Of a stretch of DNA of 64,000 bases, positions 44,502 to 53,386 are shown piece by piece. The notes beneath the pieces are model-generated. The model saw only the letters and a list, made by a program, of their open reading frames with translations. It was not told the DNA's origin and did no database searches. Position 1 is the first letter of the stretch. Every line of letters begins with the position of its first letter. This DNA comes from Gemmatimonadales bacterium (lineage in GTDB: Bacteria > Gemmatimonadota > Gemmatimonadetes > Gemmatimonadales > GWC2-71-9): positions 24,717 through 88,716 of the forward strand of contig DATBLR010000107.1 of the NCBI GenBank assembly GCA_036555275.1, written 5' to 3'. The position numbers and the translations under genes are program-made.

Positions 44502-45719
44502 ATGGATCTCTCGCTCTACTTCACCGAGCAGCACTACCAGGTGCGTGACATGGTGCGGGAGTTCGCCGCCCAGCATGTCGCCCCGGTTGCCCGCGAGCTG
44601 GATCGAACTCAGGCCTTCCCCTGGGAAAACGTTAAGCGGATGGGAGAGCTCGGCCTCCTCGGCGTGCCTTGGCCGGAAGAGCTCGGCGGAGCGGGGATGG
44701 ATCAGCTGTCCTACTACGTTGCCCTGCACGAGCTGGCCAAAGTGGACGCCAGTCACTCCCTGACAGTCAGCGCACATACCAATCTCGGCACCTCGCCGAT
44801 CGTGGATTTCGGGACTGCCGAGCAGAAGCGGCGCTACGTGCCGCTGCTCGCCGGTGGCAAGGTGCTCGGAGGCTTTGGGCTCACCGAGCCAGGCGCCGGC
44901 AGCGACGCGGGCGGCACCGCGACCACCGCCGTCGACAAGGGTGACCATTACGTACTCAACGGCTCCAAGGTGTTCATCACGCACGCGGGGGTAGGCGAGA
45001 TTTTCGTTGCGACCGCCCGCACCGAACCGGGGAACGGCAACAAGGGCATCACCAGTTTCATCCTGACCAAGGAAACCTGCGACCTGGCAACCTGCCGCCA
45101 GGTCGGTGTTGGACATCAGGAGGACCTGCCGCGTATCAAGGGATTCCGCGCCGGAAAGAAGGAAGAAAAGATGGGGTGGCGCGCCAGCGACACCCGCGAA
45201 CTGGTGTTCGAAGACGCCGTCGTTCCGAAGGAAAACATGCTGGGGAAGCCAGGGGAGGGATTCATCAACTTCCTCAAGACCCTGGACGGCGGCCGCATTG
45301 GCATCGCCGCGCTCTCCCTGGGGATCGCCGAAGGAGCCTACTTGGAGGCGCTGCGTTACGCCGGGGTCCGCAAGCAGTTCGGCCGGGCGATCGGCAGCTT
45401 TCAGGGCGTGCATTTTCAGTTGGCCGACATGGCAATGGAAATCGAGGCCGGAACCCATCTGCTCTACCACGCTGCCTGGCTCAAGCAGAACGGCAAGTCG
45501 TTCAAGAAGGAAGCGGCAATGGCCAAACTGTTCTGCTCGGAGCTGGCGATGCGCGTGACGACCAAGGCCGTGCAGATCTTCGGGGGCTACGGGTACACTA
45601 CCGAATACCCGGTCGAGCGGATGATGCGCGATGCGAAGGTATGCGAGATCGGGGAAGGGACCTCTGAGATCCAGCGGATCGTGATCGCCCGCCAGATCCT
45701 CGGGGACATCGTTTCCTGA
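44502..45719 (+). CDS. Acyl-CoA dehydrogenase (short/branched-chain type) with a 22-aa Cys-containing insert
   Basis: ORF 44385..45719 trimmed to ATG 44502 (MDLSLYFTEQHYQ). Blocks GFGLTEPGAGSDAGG, GEGTSEIQRIVIAR and YPVERMMRDAK. Confidence 0.88.
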   Translation: MDLSLYFTEQHYQVRDMVREFAAQHVAPVARELDRTQAFPWENVKRMGELGLLGVPWPEELGGAGMDQLSYYVALHELAKVDASHSLTVSAHTNLGTSPIVDFGTAEQKRRYVPLLAGGKVLGGFGLTEPGAGSDAGGTATTAVDKGDHYVLNGSKVFITHAGVGEIFVATARTEPGNGNKGITSFILTKETCDLATCRQVGVGHQEDLPRIKGFRAGKKEEKMGWRASDTRELVFEDAVVPKENMLGKPGEGFINFLKTLDGGRIGIAALSLGIAEGAYLEALRYAGVRKQFGRAIGSFQGVHFQLADMAMEIEAGTHLLYHAAWLKQNGKSFKKEAAMAKLFCSELAMRVTTKAVQIFGGYGYTTEYPVERMMRDAKVCEIGEGTSEIQRIVIARQILGDIVS

Positions 45720-45721
45720 GG

Positions 45722-45750
45722 TTGCCCTAAGCCACCGTCATTCCTATATT
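45722..45750 (+). promoter_or_regulatory. Sigma70-type promoter candidate TTGCCC-N17-TATATT, about 380 nt upstream of the RNase E/G start
   Basis: An AT-rich -10 stands out in 68% GC sequence. The -35 and spacing are identical to the rplU and ptsN candidates. Confidence 0.45.
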
Positions 45751-46132
45751 TAGCCAATGCCTTCGACATGGCTGGGCTGTCCGAACAGAACCTTGGAGGC
45801 CGCCCCCCTTCCCGCGGGACGGCTCGGCTTGGCTCGGCCTGATCTTGCGGAACGGCTCCGGAAGGCGCCCGTTCCGCGCGCTGTACCTCAGCTTCCCCGC
45901 CCCACGCCACGGTGTCCGGATCGCCCCAATGATCCGGCCGGCGTCCAGCGGAACCCCGCAGCACAGTTCTCTCATCCCTCGCCCCGGATTTCCGACCTGT
46001 TGGTCACGGGGCGGTCCCGGCGACGGGTACGGTGTGGTGGCCTGCCAGGCTGCCCGTCGTTCCCAGCCGGGTCCCTGACATTCATGACCGGATCCTCGGG
46101 CTCCCGGCGCGCTGGCGCCGGGGTGTGCCGAC

Positions 46133-47800
46133 ATGGCCCGGTCGAGGTCTTCACGCGTGAAGCGCGAAATTCTGATCACCGGAAGCCAGCGGGAAACCCG
46201 TGTGGCGATCCTCGAGGACGACCGCCTCGTCGAGCTTCTGTTCGACCGTTCCGACCAACGCCGCACCGTCGGTGACATCTACCTGGGCCGGGTGGAGGCG
46301 GTGCTACCCGGCATCCAGGCCGCATTTGTAGACATCGGGCTGGAGAAGAGCGCCTTTCTCCACGCCTCCGACCTTCTCGAGCCGGAAGAGGACGAGGAAC
46401 CGACCGGCGAGGAGGGGGACGAGGCGTTCGAGGAGGCGGAAGAGGGCGACGGGCCCGGTGACGCGGGCCCCCGCCCCAACCGCGGTCGCCGAGGCGAGCC
46501 CAATGGCGGCGGCAACGGAGAGCCGCGCCAGCGCGAAGTCCGCTCCCGTCGGCAACTTCCCGACATCTCCGACATCCTCAAGAAGGGTCAGACTCTCCTG
46601 GTTCAGGTCACCAAGGAGCCTATCTCCACCAAGGGCTGCCGGGTGACCGCCCAGATCTCCCTCCCGGGTCGCTTCCTGGTCTACATGCCCTACGCTTCCA
46701 AGGTGGGGGTGAGCCGAAAGATCGAGAGCAAGGAGCTGCGCGCCCGGCTCCGCGACATGGTCGCGGCCCACCTCCCGAAGGATGCGGGGGGGATGATCGT
46801 CCGCACCGTCGCGGAAGGGGTGACCGAGGAGCACTTCCGGCGGGAAGTGGAGGGCCTCCTCAACCTGTGGCGTAAGATCAACCGGAAGAAGACCTTCGTC
46901 CGCGCACCCGCCCTGGTCCAGCGAGAAACCTCCCTGACCCGGGGCATCATCCGCGATCTGTTCAGCGCCAAGGTCGACGCACTGTACGTGGACTCGAAGG
47001 AGTTGTTCAACGAGATCGAGGCCTATCTGAAGCAAGTGGACCCAGAGCTGCTGGCTCGGGTCAACCTGTACAGCGAGACGGTCCCGCTCTTCGACAAGTT
47101 CGACATCGAAAACGAGATCCGGGATCTCTTCAAGGCCCGCTGCGATCTGCCGACCGGCGGCTACATCATTATTCAGCCCACCGAGGCTCTGGTTTCGATC
47201 GACGTGAACACCGGACGCTACACCGGCAAGAAGGATCCCGAGAAGACCATTCTCAAGACCAATCTCGAGGCGGCACGCGAGATCGCCCGCCAGATCCGGC
47301 TGCGAGACATGGGCGGCATCATCGTCTGCGATTTCATCGACATGGAGAGCCGGCAGAACCGCGACCGGGTACTCCAGGAGCTGCGGACCCACCTGGGGCG
47401 CGACCGCGCCCGGACCAAGGCGTTCGCCGTCTCGGAGCTGGGCCTGGTCGAAATGACCCGGCAGCGGGTACGGCCTTCCCTGTGGCACTCCATGACGACG
47501 GAGTGCCCGGACTGCAAAGGCACCGGCCGGGTCTTCACCCCCGAGGTCGTCGCCCGCCGCCTGGAGCGATCCCTCAAACGGGCCGGGCGGGAACGCCGGG
47601 AACGGCAGCTCGCCGTCCGCCTTCATCCTGAGGTGGCGCTGTACCTGCTTGAAGAGGAGCCCAGGCTGATCCACACCCTGGGCAAGATGACGGGACTGGA
47701 GCTGGAGCTCCGCGACGACCCCATGATGCGCGTCGACGAGTTCCGGCTCATGAGTCGCCCCGGCGGACGAGATGTGACGGACATCTACGCGGTGGCCTGA
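46133..47800 (+). CDS. rng: Ribonuclease E/G family endoribonuclease
   Basis: 555 aa. S1 domain VGDIYLGRVEAVLPGIQAAFVDIG, DNase-I-like/Zn-link region with CPDCKGTGRV. Acidic/Arg-rich insert after the S1 domain. Confidence 0.88.
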   Translation: MARSRSSRVKREILITGSQRETRVAILEDDRLVELLFDRSDQRRTVGDIYLGRVEAVLPGIQAAFVDIGLEKSAFLHASDLLEPEEDEEPTGEEGDEAFEEAEEGDGPGDAGPRPNRGRRGEPNGGGNGEPRQREVRSRRQLPDISDILKKGQTLLVQVTKEPISTKGCRVTAQISLPGRFLVYMPYASKVGVSRKIESKELRARLRDMVAAHLPKDAGGMIVRTVAEGVTEEHFRREVEGLLNLWRKINRKKTFVRAPALVQRETSLTRGIIRDLFSAKVDALYVDSKELFNEIEAYLKQVDPELLARVNLYSETVPLFDKFDIENEIRDLFKARCDLPTGGYIIIQPTEALVSIDVNTGRYTGKKDPEKTILKTNLEAAREIARQIRLRDMGGIIVCDFIDMESRQNRDRVLQELRTHLGRDRARTKAFAVSELGLVEMTRQRVRPSLWHSMTTECPDCKGTGRVFTPEVVARRLERSLKRAGRERRERQLAVRLHPEVALYLLEEEPRLIHTLGKMTGLELELRDDPMMRVDEFRLMSRPGGRDVTDIYAVA

Positions 47801-47813
47801 CCCGGCGGCTCCC

Positions 47814-47842
47814 TTGCCCAAAGCCCAACTCCCCCTTATAGT
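47814..47842 (+). promoter_or_regulatory. Sigma70-type promoter candidate TTGCCC-N17-TATAGT for rplU-rpmA
   Basis: Read directly. The -10 ends 42 nt upstream of the rplU ATG. Confidence 0.5.
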
Positions 47843-47883
47843 TTCGCGCTCTTGAGGTCGGAACTTTGCCACCGCGAGTTGCC

Positions 47884-48198
47884 ATGTACGCGATCATCCG
47901 GACCGCCGGAAAGCAGTTCCGCGCTGAGAAGGGTATGACCCTGCAGCTTCCGCTCATGGAGGCCAAGCCGGGCAGCAAAGTCACCTTCGACGAAGTCCTG
48001 CTCACGTCGGACGGCACCACGGTAAAGGCCGGCACTCCGCTGGTGAAGGGGGCCAAGGTGACCGCGGAAGTGGTGGGAGCGACCAGGGGCCCCAAGCTGT
48101 ACATCTGGAAGTTCAAGCGCCGGAAGAACTATCGTCGCAAGACCGGCCATCGGCAGACATACACGGCAGTGCGCATCACGGACGTCAAGGCAGGATAG
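47884..48198 (+). CDS. rplU: 50S ribosomal protein L21
   Basis: [17 protein letters not shown]... Track ORF trimmed to ATG 47884. Confidence 0.95.
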   Translation: MYAIIRTAGKQFRAEKGMTLQLPLMEAKPGSKVTFDEVLLTSDGTTVKAGTPLVKGAKVTAEVVGATRGPKLYIWKFKRRKNYRRKTGHRQTYTAVRITDVKAG

Positions 48199-48205
48199 AG
48201 ATTTC

Positions 48206-48475
48206 ATGGCACACAAGAAAGGTGTCGGCTCCAGCCGCAACGGCCGCGACTCCCATCCCCAGTACCTGGGCGTGAAGCGCTACGGGGGGGAACGGGTCAT
48301 TGCGGGCAACATTCTGGTCCGGCAGCGTGGTACCCGGTTCCACGCCGGCAAGAACGTCGGCCGGGGCAACGACGACACCTTGTTCGCGCTGGTGGACGGG
48401 GTGGTGAAGTTCGAGCATAAGGACAAAAAGCGCCTGAAGGTTTCGGTCTATCCGCCGGTGGTTGCGAGTAGTTGA
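48206..48475 (+). CDS. rpmA: 50S ribosomal protein L27
   Basis: [24 protein letters not shown]... Confidence 0.96.
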   Translation: MAHKKGVGSSRNGRDSHPQYLGVKRYGGERVIAGNILVRQRGTRFHAGKNVGRGNDDTLFALVDGVVKFEHKDKKRLKVSVYPPVVASS

Positions 48476-48605
48476 GACCTGCGGCGAGCCTTCAGAGCAG
48501 CTGGCGGAGATGCGGGCCGGGGATGATACCTCGGCCCTTGGTCATTCTGAAACATCGGCGACAGATTGGGCGTTAGGTTTCGCCGACCGGCAGAAGGAGG
48601 AATCG

Positions 48606-48959
48606 ATGGCCCGGATTCTCGAGAGGCTCAACCAGGAGCTGGAGAGTTTTGGCAGGAAGGCGCAGCAGGCGCTGGACGAGGGCAAGCTGCAGCTGGAGCG
48701 CTTCCGGCTTCAGCGGGAGCGGGACGAGGCGGCGCGGCGGCTTGGTTACCTGATCCACCAGCGCGAGCGCGGCCGAACGGTTGATCAGCCGGAAGTCGAC
48801 GCCTGGTTGCAGCGAATGGACGCGCACGACGCCACCATTGCGCGGATCGAACGGGACCTGGCTGCCGTAAAGGGCCAGGCGGTCACCGTCAGTGAGTCCC
48901 CGCCACCCGCCGCCGCGTCCACAGGTGAGGCGGAGGTAGTGAAGGAGCCGGGCGCCTAG
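48606..48959 (+). CDS. Hypothetical coiled-coil protein
   Basis: ORF 48462..48959 trimmed to ATG 48606, preceded by AAGGAGG. Charged heptad-like sequence with no recognisable motif. Confidence 0.5.
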   Translation: MARILERLNQELESFGRKAQQALDEGKLQLERFRLQRERDEAARRLGYLIHQRERGRTVDQPEVDAWLQRMDAHDATIARIERDLAAVKGQAVTVSESPPPAAASTGEAEVVKEPGA

Positions 48960-49267
48960 CCCTTGAGGAGGCGCAAGACCAGCACAGCCTCGATCAACAC
49001 TCCGGAGATGACTGGCGGCGGTACCTGGTATCGCAGGTTCACAGCGAAATAGCCAGCTACCCACACGGCGTTGAACCAGGTCAGCCGCCGCACCAGAGGT
49101 TCGGTCATCTCCGTGGTTCCCGCCGCCATCATCGTGAGCCCACCCAGTGCCGCCGGCAGCACCGAGACGGTACCCGCCAGTGCAAACTGAATTCCGAGAA
49201 GGGAAGGCGCCATCCCGAGTCCCATCGGGGTATGGACCCCGTCCATGGCGCTCATGACCGCGGCCAT
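48956..49267 (-). CDS. Hypothetical small membrane protein (3 predicted TM segments), downstream of arsR
   Basis: 103-aa hydrophobic ORF. Its stop overlaps the stop of the convergent gene (shared CTAG). Confidence 0.5.
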   Translation of the reverse strand: MAAVMSAMDGVHTPMGLGMAPSLLGIQFALAGTVSVLPAALGGLTMMAAGTTEMTEPLVRRLTWFNAVWVAGYFAVNLRYQVPPPVISGVLIEAVLVLRLLKG

Positions 49268-49291
49268 GGATGGGGGGCGGGGGGGATCCGG

Positions 49292-49612
49292 TCATTGCCG
49301 GGTACCTCGTTTGGGTGGAGCGGGATCGGCGGCAGCGTACGCGGCGATGGCATCGTCCCACAACGATTCGACATAGCGACGCAGGTCGGCCAGGCCCTCC
49401 GTACTTGATCGGTAGTAACGCCGGGTGCCTTCCTGGCGGTGGGTGACCAGCCGGGCCTTCTGCAGAATCCGCAGATGCTGGGAGACGCCGGGCTGACTGA
49501 TGCGGACCAGCCGGGCCAGTTCGCCCACGGTGCGGGGGCGGCTCCGGAGCCGCTCGTAGACCGATCGCCGGGTCGGATCGGCCAGCGCAGCCAGGCAATC
49601 TTCATAAGCCAT
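49292..49612 (-). CDS. ArsR/SmtB-family transcriptional regulator
   Basis: 106 aa. LADPTRRSVYERL...VGELARLVRISQPGVSQHLRILQKARLV winged-HTH. Confidence 0.88.
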   Translation of the reverse strand: MAYEDCLAALADPTRRSVYERLRSRPRTVGELARLVRISQPGVSQHLRILQKARLVTHRQEGTRRYYRSSTEGLADLRRYVESLWDDAIAAYAAADPAPPKRGTRQ

Positions 49613-49617
49613 AACTT

Positions 49618-49647
49618 ATATTTGCACTGGCATATGAATGGCGTCAA
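49618..49647 (-). promoter_or_regulatory. Promoter candidate TTGACG-N18-AAATAT. The -10 ends 5 nt before the arsR ATG, implying a leaderless mRNA.
   Basis: Minus-strand reading: cgcTTGACGccattcatatgccagtgcAAATATaagttATG. Confidence 0.35.
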
Positions 49648-49680
49648 GCGGGTTCTGGCCGACGTCCCCGGGGGGCTCGT

Positions 49681-50355
49681 TCAGCGCAGGGCGGTGCGGA
49701 TCCGGTCGGGGTAGTTACCGCAGATGCCATCGACTCCCAGCAAGGCGAGGCGGCGGATCTCGCGCTCGTCATTGGCGGTCCAGGCGACGATCTCAAGGCC
49801 GTCGCCGTGCAGATCGCTGACCAGGGCCTCGTCGATGAGGGACGTCTCCATCCACAGGGTATCCGCTCCGACTCCCCGGAGCACAGGCAAGGTGTCCAGC
49901 AGGTAGGAGGCCAGCAGGATGCCCCGGCGGAGTTCCGGGCGCTGGTTGCCAAGTCGGGCAATGATGCGGTGGTCGAATGCGTGCACCGCGTAGCGCCGGG
50001 GACTCGGCCCGGAATCGAGAATCGCCAGTAACCCGGCATCGCAGGTGGCGGGGAGGGATTTCAGTTCCACCCACACGTCCAGGCCGGCCAGGAGCGACAA
50101 CGCCTCAAGCAGGGTGGGAATTCGCTCCCCGTTTGGGAGCCGGTGATCCGCAAGCGCCGCAGCCGGAAGGTCGCCGATCCGGCCAAGGCCCTTCACCTCC
50201 GGATCGTGGTGCACGATCAGGGTGCCGTCGGCCGTGGCGTGAATGTCGAGCTCGACCGCGTCCGCACCCAGCTCCATTGCCCGCCGGAAGGCCGCGGGAG
50301 AGTTCTCGAAAGCATGACCGGACGCGCCCCGGTGGGCGATGACCGCTGGCGGCAT
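49681..50355 (-). CDS. Glycerophosphodiester phosphodiesterase
   Basis: 224 aa. IAHRGASGHAFENS and ELDIHATADGTLIVHHD blocks. Confidence 0.85.
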   Translation of the reverse strand: MPPAVIAHRGASGHAFENSPAAFRRAMELGADAVELDIHATADGTLIVHHDPEVKGLGRIGDLPAAALADHRLPNGERIPTLLEALSLLAGLDVWVELKSLPATCDAGLLAILDSGPSPRRYAVHAFDHRIIARLGNQRPELRRGILLASYLLDTLPVLRGVGADTLWMETSLIDEALVSDLHGDGLEIVAWTANDEREIRRLALLGVDGICGNYPDRIRTALR

Positions 50356-50361
50356 GACTGG

Positions 50362-51561
50362 TCAGTCCATGCGCTCCACCAGGAGGGCGATGCCTTGGCC
50401 CACCCCGATGCACATCGTAGCGAGGCCGTAGCGGCCCCCGGTCCGGCCCAAGGCGTGGACCAGCGTAGTGAGGATCTTCGCTCCGCTGGCCCCAAGCGGA
50501 TGTCCCAGTGCGATGGCTCCGCCGTAGATGTTGACCTTTGCCGGGTCCAGGCGGAGTTCTCGGATACAGGCGAGCGCCTGGGCCGCGAACGCTTCGTTGA
50601 GCTCGATGAGATCCAGCTGCCCGACGTCCAGCCCGGCACGCTCCAGCACCTTCCGCGTGGCCGGGATCGGACCGAGCCCCATGACCGAAGGGTCAACCCC
50701 GGCCACCGCGCTGGCGACGACCCGGGCGAGCGGCTTCTGCCCCAGCTCCCGGGCCGCCTGCGCGCTCAGAATCGTGAGGGCCGCGGCGCCGTCGTTAATA
50801 CCGCTCGAGCTGCCGGCGGTCACGGTCCCGTCTTTCGTGAATGCGGGCTTCAGCTTGGCGAGACCCTCCAGAGTGACCCCCGGCCTTGGAGGCTCATCGG
50901 TCGTGAACTGGCTCGTGCCCCCCTTGCCGTCCGGAACAGAAACAGGGACCAGTTCGTCCGTGAACACGCACTGGCTGAGGGCAACTTGGGTCCTGCGCTG
51001 GCTCTCCACCGCGAAGGCGTCCTGTTCGGCCCGCGTAATGCCATACTGGGCCGCCACCCGTTCCGCCGTCTCACCCAGCGCGATGGTCCAGTCCCTTGGC
51101 ATTCGGGGATTGGTGAAGCGCCACCCGACCGTTGAGTCGGCGATTGCGGGGGGAATCCGGCTCCAGGCCGTCCCGGTCTTGAGCATCACGTACGGGGCCC
51201 GGGTCATGCTCTCGACCCCGCCTGCGATGAACACCTGCCCTTCGCCGGCGCGCACCGCCTGGGCCGCGCTGGCCACGGCCTGCAGGCCGGAACCGCACAG
51301 ACGGTTCACGGTCTGCCCCGGTACCCCGACCGGCAGACCGGCCAGGAGTGCCGCCATCCTGGCGACGTTGCGGTTGTCCTCCCCAGCCTGGTTGACACAG
51401 CCTAGGATCACGTCCTCGATCCGATCCACGGGGAGGTCGGTCCGGTCTATCAGCCCCCGGAGGGCGATGGCGGCAAGGTCGTCCGCCCGGACCTCGGCGA
51501 GGGCTCCGGCGGCGCGGCCGACCGGGGTACGGACCGCGGCGGTAATGACGACCTCGAGCAC
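50362..51561 (-). CDS. Acetyl-CoA C-acetyltransferase (thiolase II)
   Basis: ORF 50362..52212 trimmed to GTG 51561 ([15 protein letters not shown]). Blocks [26 protein letters not shown] and CIGVGQG. Confidence 0.88.
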   Translation of the reverse strand: MLEVVITAAVRTPVGRAAGALAEVRADDLAAIALRGLIDRTDLPVDRIEDVILGCVNQAGEDNRNVARMAALLAGLPVGVPGQTVNRLCGSGLQAVASAAQAVRAGEGQVFIAGGVESMTRAPYVMLKTGTAWSRIPPAIADSTVGWRFTNPRMPRDWTIALGETAERVAAQYGITRAEQDAFAVESQRRTQVALSQCVFTDELVPVSVPDGKGGTSQFTTDEPPRPGVTLEGLAKLKPAFTKDGTVTAGSSSGINDGAAALTILSAQAARELGQKPLARVVASAVAGVDPSVMGLGPIPATRKVLERAGLDVGQLDLIELNEAFAAQALACIRELRLDPAKVNIYGGAIALGHPLGASGAKILTTLVHALGRTGGRYGLATMCIGVGQGIALLVERMD

Positions 51562-51690
51562 GGCAGTTCTCGGCGTTCTGGGGTCGGGGGAATCTAGCGC
51601 CCCTCCGCTTGCGGCGGGCACGGCCCCCGCCCATCCTCCGGTGGGGTGCCTACTTAACAACATTCGCCAGAGGCCGTCTCCCTCTCGACA

Positions 51691-52245
51691 ATGCGCGTGC
51701 CGGCCGCCAATGCCCCCGCCTCCACCTCGGACCCGGCTCTTGTTGACGCCTATCGGGCCGGGGACGAGCGCGCCGCGACGGAGCTGGTGACCCGGCACGC
51801 GCTGGCGGTTGGGCGATTCCTGAGTGCGGCCGGTGCCGGGACCTCGGACCTCGACGACCTGGTCCAGGAGACCTTCATCCGGGCTTTTCGAGCTCTGGAC
51901 GGCTGGCGGGGAGAGGCGGCCTTTCGGAGCTGGATCATGGCCATCGCGAGCAACCTGCTCAAGGACCAGTTTCGACGGGCCCGTGGCCGCAGGATGGTTG
52001 CGCTTGAGGATGCCGATCTGGCGGCCCACGATGATCCGGCGGCGACTCTGGACGCGACAGAGGCGGAACGGAGACTCCAGCAGGGATTGGGCAGCCTGCC
52101 CAGGTTGCAGCGGGAAGTCTTCTTGCTGAGGGCCCAGCAAGGGATGGACTACCAGGACATCGCCGATTCCCTCGCGACCACGCCCGGGGCGGCCAGGGTC
52201 CACTATCACCACGCGGTAAAACGGCTGAAGGAGTTGATGTCATGA
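51691..52245 (+). CDS. ECF (group 4) RNA polymerase sigma factor
   Basis: 184 aa. Region 2 [11 protein letters not shown] and a region 4 HTH near the C-terminus. Overlaps the anti-sigma start. Confidence 0.85.
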   Translation: MRVPAANAPASTSDPALVDAYRAGDERAATELVTRHALAVGRFLSAAGAGTSDLDDLVQETFIRAFRALDGWRGEAAFRSWIMAIASNLLKDQFRRARGRRMVALEDADLAAHDDPAATLDATEAERRLQQGLGSLPRLQREVFLLRAQQGMDYQDIADSLATTPGAARVHYHHAVKRLKELMS

Positions 52246-52748
52246 CAGACTGCGAGTCGGTTACCGATCGGATCCCGGTGGTCGCGCTTGGTCGCGACGC
52301 TTGGACCGCCGAGGAGGCGGCACACCTTGCCTCCTGCCCCGCCTGCCAGGCCGAGTGGAAGGTTGTCGAGACGGCTCGGCGGCTCGGCGACTCGGCGGCT
52401 CGCCGTGTCGATCCGGACCGGGTGAACAGCATCGTGATCGCACGGCTGCGCGCAGATCGGCGCTGGAGGCGGGCGGCGTGGATCGGTGCGGTCGCGGTCG
52501 CGGCTGCCATGGCGCTTGTGGTGTGGACCGGTCGGCCGACACACCAGGCTGGCCCGATCGCCACCAGGGGAGCGGTTGGGTTCCACCTGCCGCTTGCCGA
52601 ATTGGACCGCCTCGACAGTGGGCAGCTCGAGCGGATCTTGGAGGATCTGGAGGCTCCGCTCGGCGCCCAGGCGGCGCCGGAGGCTCCGGAGCTGGGCGAC
52701 CTGAAGGATTCGGAACTCGAACGTGTGCTTCGCACCCTGGAGGGTTGA
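52242..52748 (+). CDS. Anti-sigma factor (zf-HC2 N-terminus, one TM helix)
   Basis: HLASCPACQAEW, TM segment AAWIGAVAVAAAMALVVW. Contains an octamer DNA array at about 52372-52407 (ARRLGDSAARR). Confidence 0.7.
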   Translation: MTDCESVTDRIPVVALGRDAWTAEEAAHLASCPACQAEWKVVETARRLGDSAARRVDPDRVNSIVIARLRADRRWRRAAWIGAVAVAAAMALVVWTGRPTHQAGPIATRGAVGFHLPLAELDRLDSGQLERILEDLEAPLGAQAAPEAPELGDLKDSELERVLRTLEG

Positions 52749-52752
52749 ACCT

Positions 52753-53256
52753 GTGCGGACGACATGGTTGGTGCTGGCTTGCCTGGTACTCGGCGCGTTT
52801 CCGCTCATGGCCCAGGACGACGGCGAACTGGAGGCGGGTGGCCGCGCGCTCCGGCTACGGCAGCTGATCGAAGAGCGATTCACCGCCCGGGTCAAGGAGG
52901 AACTGGGCCTGACCGATCCGCAGGCGTCCAAAATGCGGGAGGTTGTGGGTGGCTACTTCGCAAAGCGCCGGGCTCTCGAAGCCGACGAACGGCGCCTGCG
53001 CCAGTCCCTGGCGGGGGAACTGCGCCCAGGGGTGGCTGCGAACAAGGACAACGTGGCCCGGTTGACCGATCAGCTGCTCGAGCTGAAAGTGCGGTATGCC
53101 CAGAGCTACCGGGATGAAGTCCGGGACCTCTCCGGCTTCCTTGACCCGGTTCAGGTGGCCCAGTTTCTCATCCTCAGGGAGCGGCTCCTCGATCGCATCC
53201 GGGAAGTCCGGCAGGACCGGGATCAGGCTCCAGTACGGCGGCGCCAGCAACCCTGA
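52753..53256 (+). CDS. Periplasmic LTXXQ-motif (Spy/CpxP-like) protein
   Basis: Start moved to GTG 52753 (signal peptide VRTTWLVLACLVLGAFPLMAQ). LTDPQ and LDPVQ motifs in a helical, Arg/Glu-rich sequence. Confidence 0.65.
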   Translation: MRTTWLVLACLVLGAFPLMAQDDGELEAGGRALRLRQLIEERFTARVKEELGLTDPQASKMREVVGGYFAKRRALEADERRLRQSLAGELRPGVAANKDNVARLTDQLLELKVRYAQSYRDEVRDLSGFLDPVQVAQFLILRERLLDRIREVRQDRDQAPVRRRQQP

Positions 53257-53286
53257 GGGTTGCTTCCCAGCGGTTCCGGACCTGAA

Positions 53287-53323
53287 AACGCCGCGGGCGG
53301 GTCGGTGACCCGCTCGCGGCGTT
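53287..53323 (+). terminator. GC-rich stem-loop after the LTXXQ gene (terminator candidate, poor U-tract)
   Basis: aacgccgcg-g-gcgggtc-ggt-gacccgc-t-cgcggcgtt. Confidence 0.4.
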
Positions 53324-53386
53324 GTTGCCCCTGCAAAATTGTGTCGCGCGCGCTAGCTTCTCTCAGTGTCAGTGAAGGAGTCCGTG

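Noticed and set aside
45757-46132. Housekeeping ncRNA (RNase P RNA, tmRNA, 6S, SRP RNA) in the long gap before rng.
   Set aside because: There is no GAGGAAAGTCC-type P4 motif, no tRNA-like ends or tag ORF, and no SRP GGAA tetraloop motif on either strand. It is treated as a 5' leader instead.
51656-51678. ECF-type promoter AAC-N16-CGTC upstream of the ECF sigma gene.
   Set aside because: The motif has low information content and leaves only about 6 nt before the ATG. It is kept as a remark rather than called as a feature.
53325-53359. Fourth TTGCCC hexamer (53325-53330) as a promoter for nfeD.
   Set aside because: The nearest TAnnnT-like hexamer (TAGCTT, 53354-53359) is 23 nt away, outside the functional spacer range.
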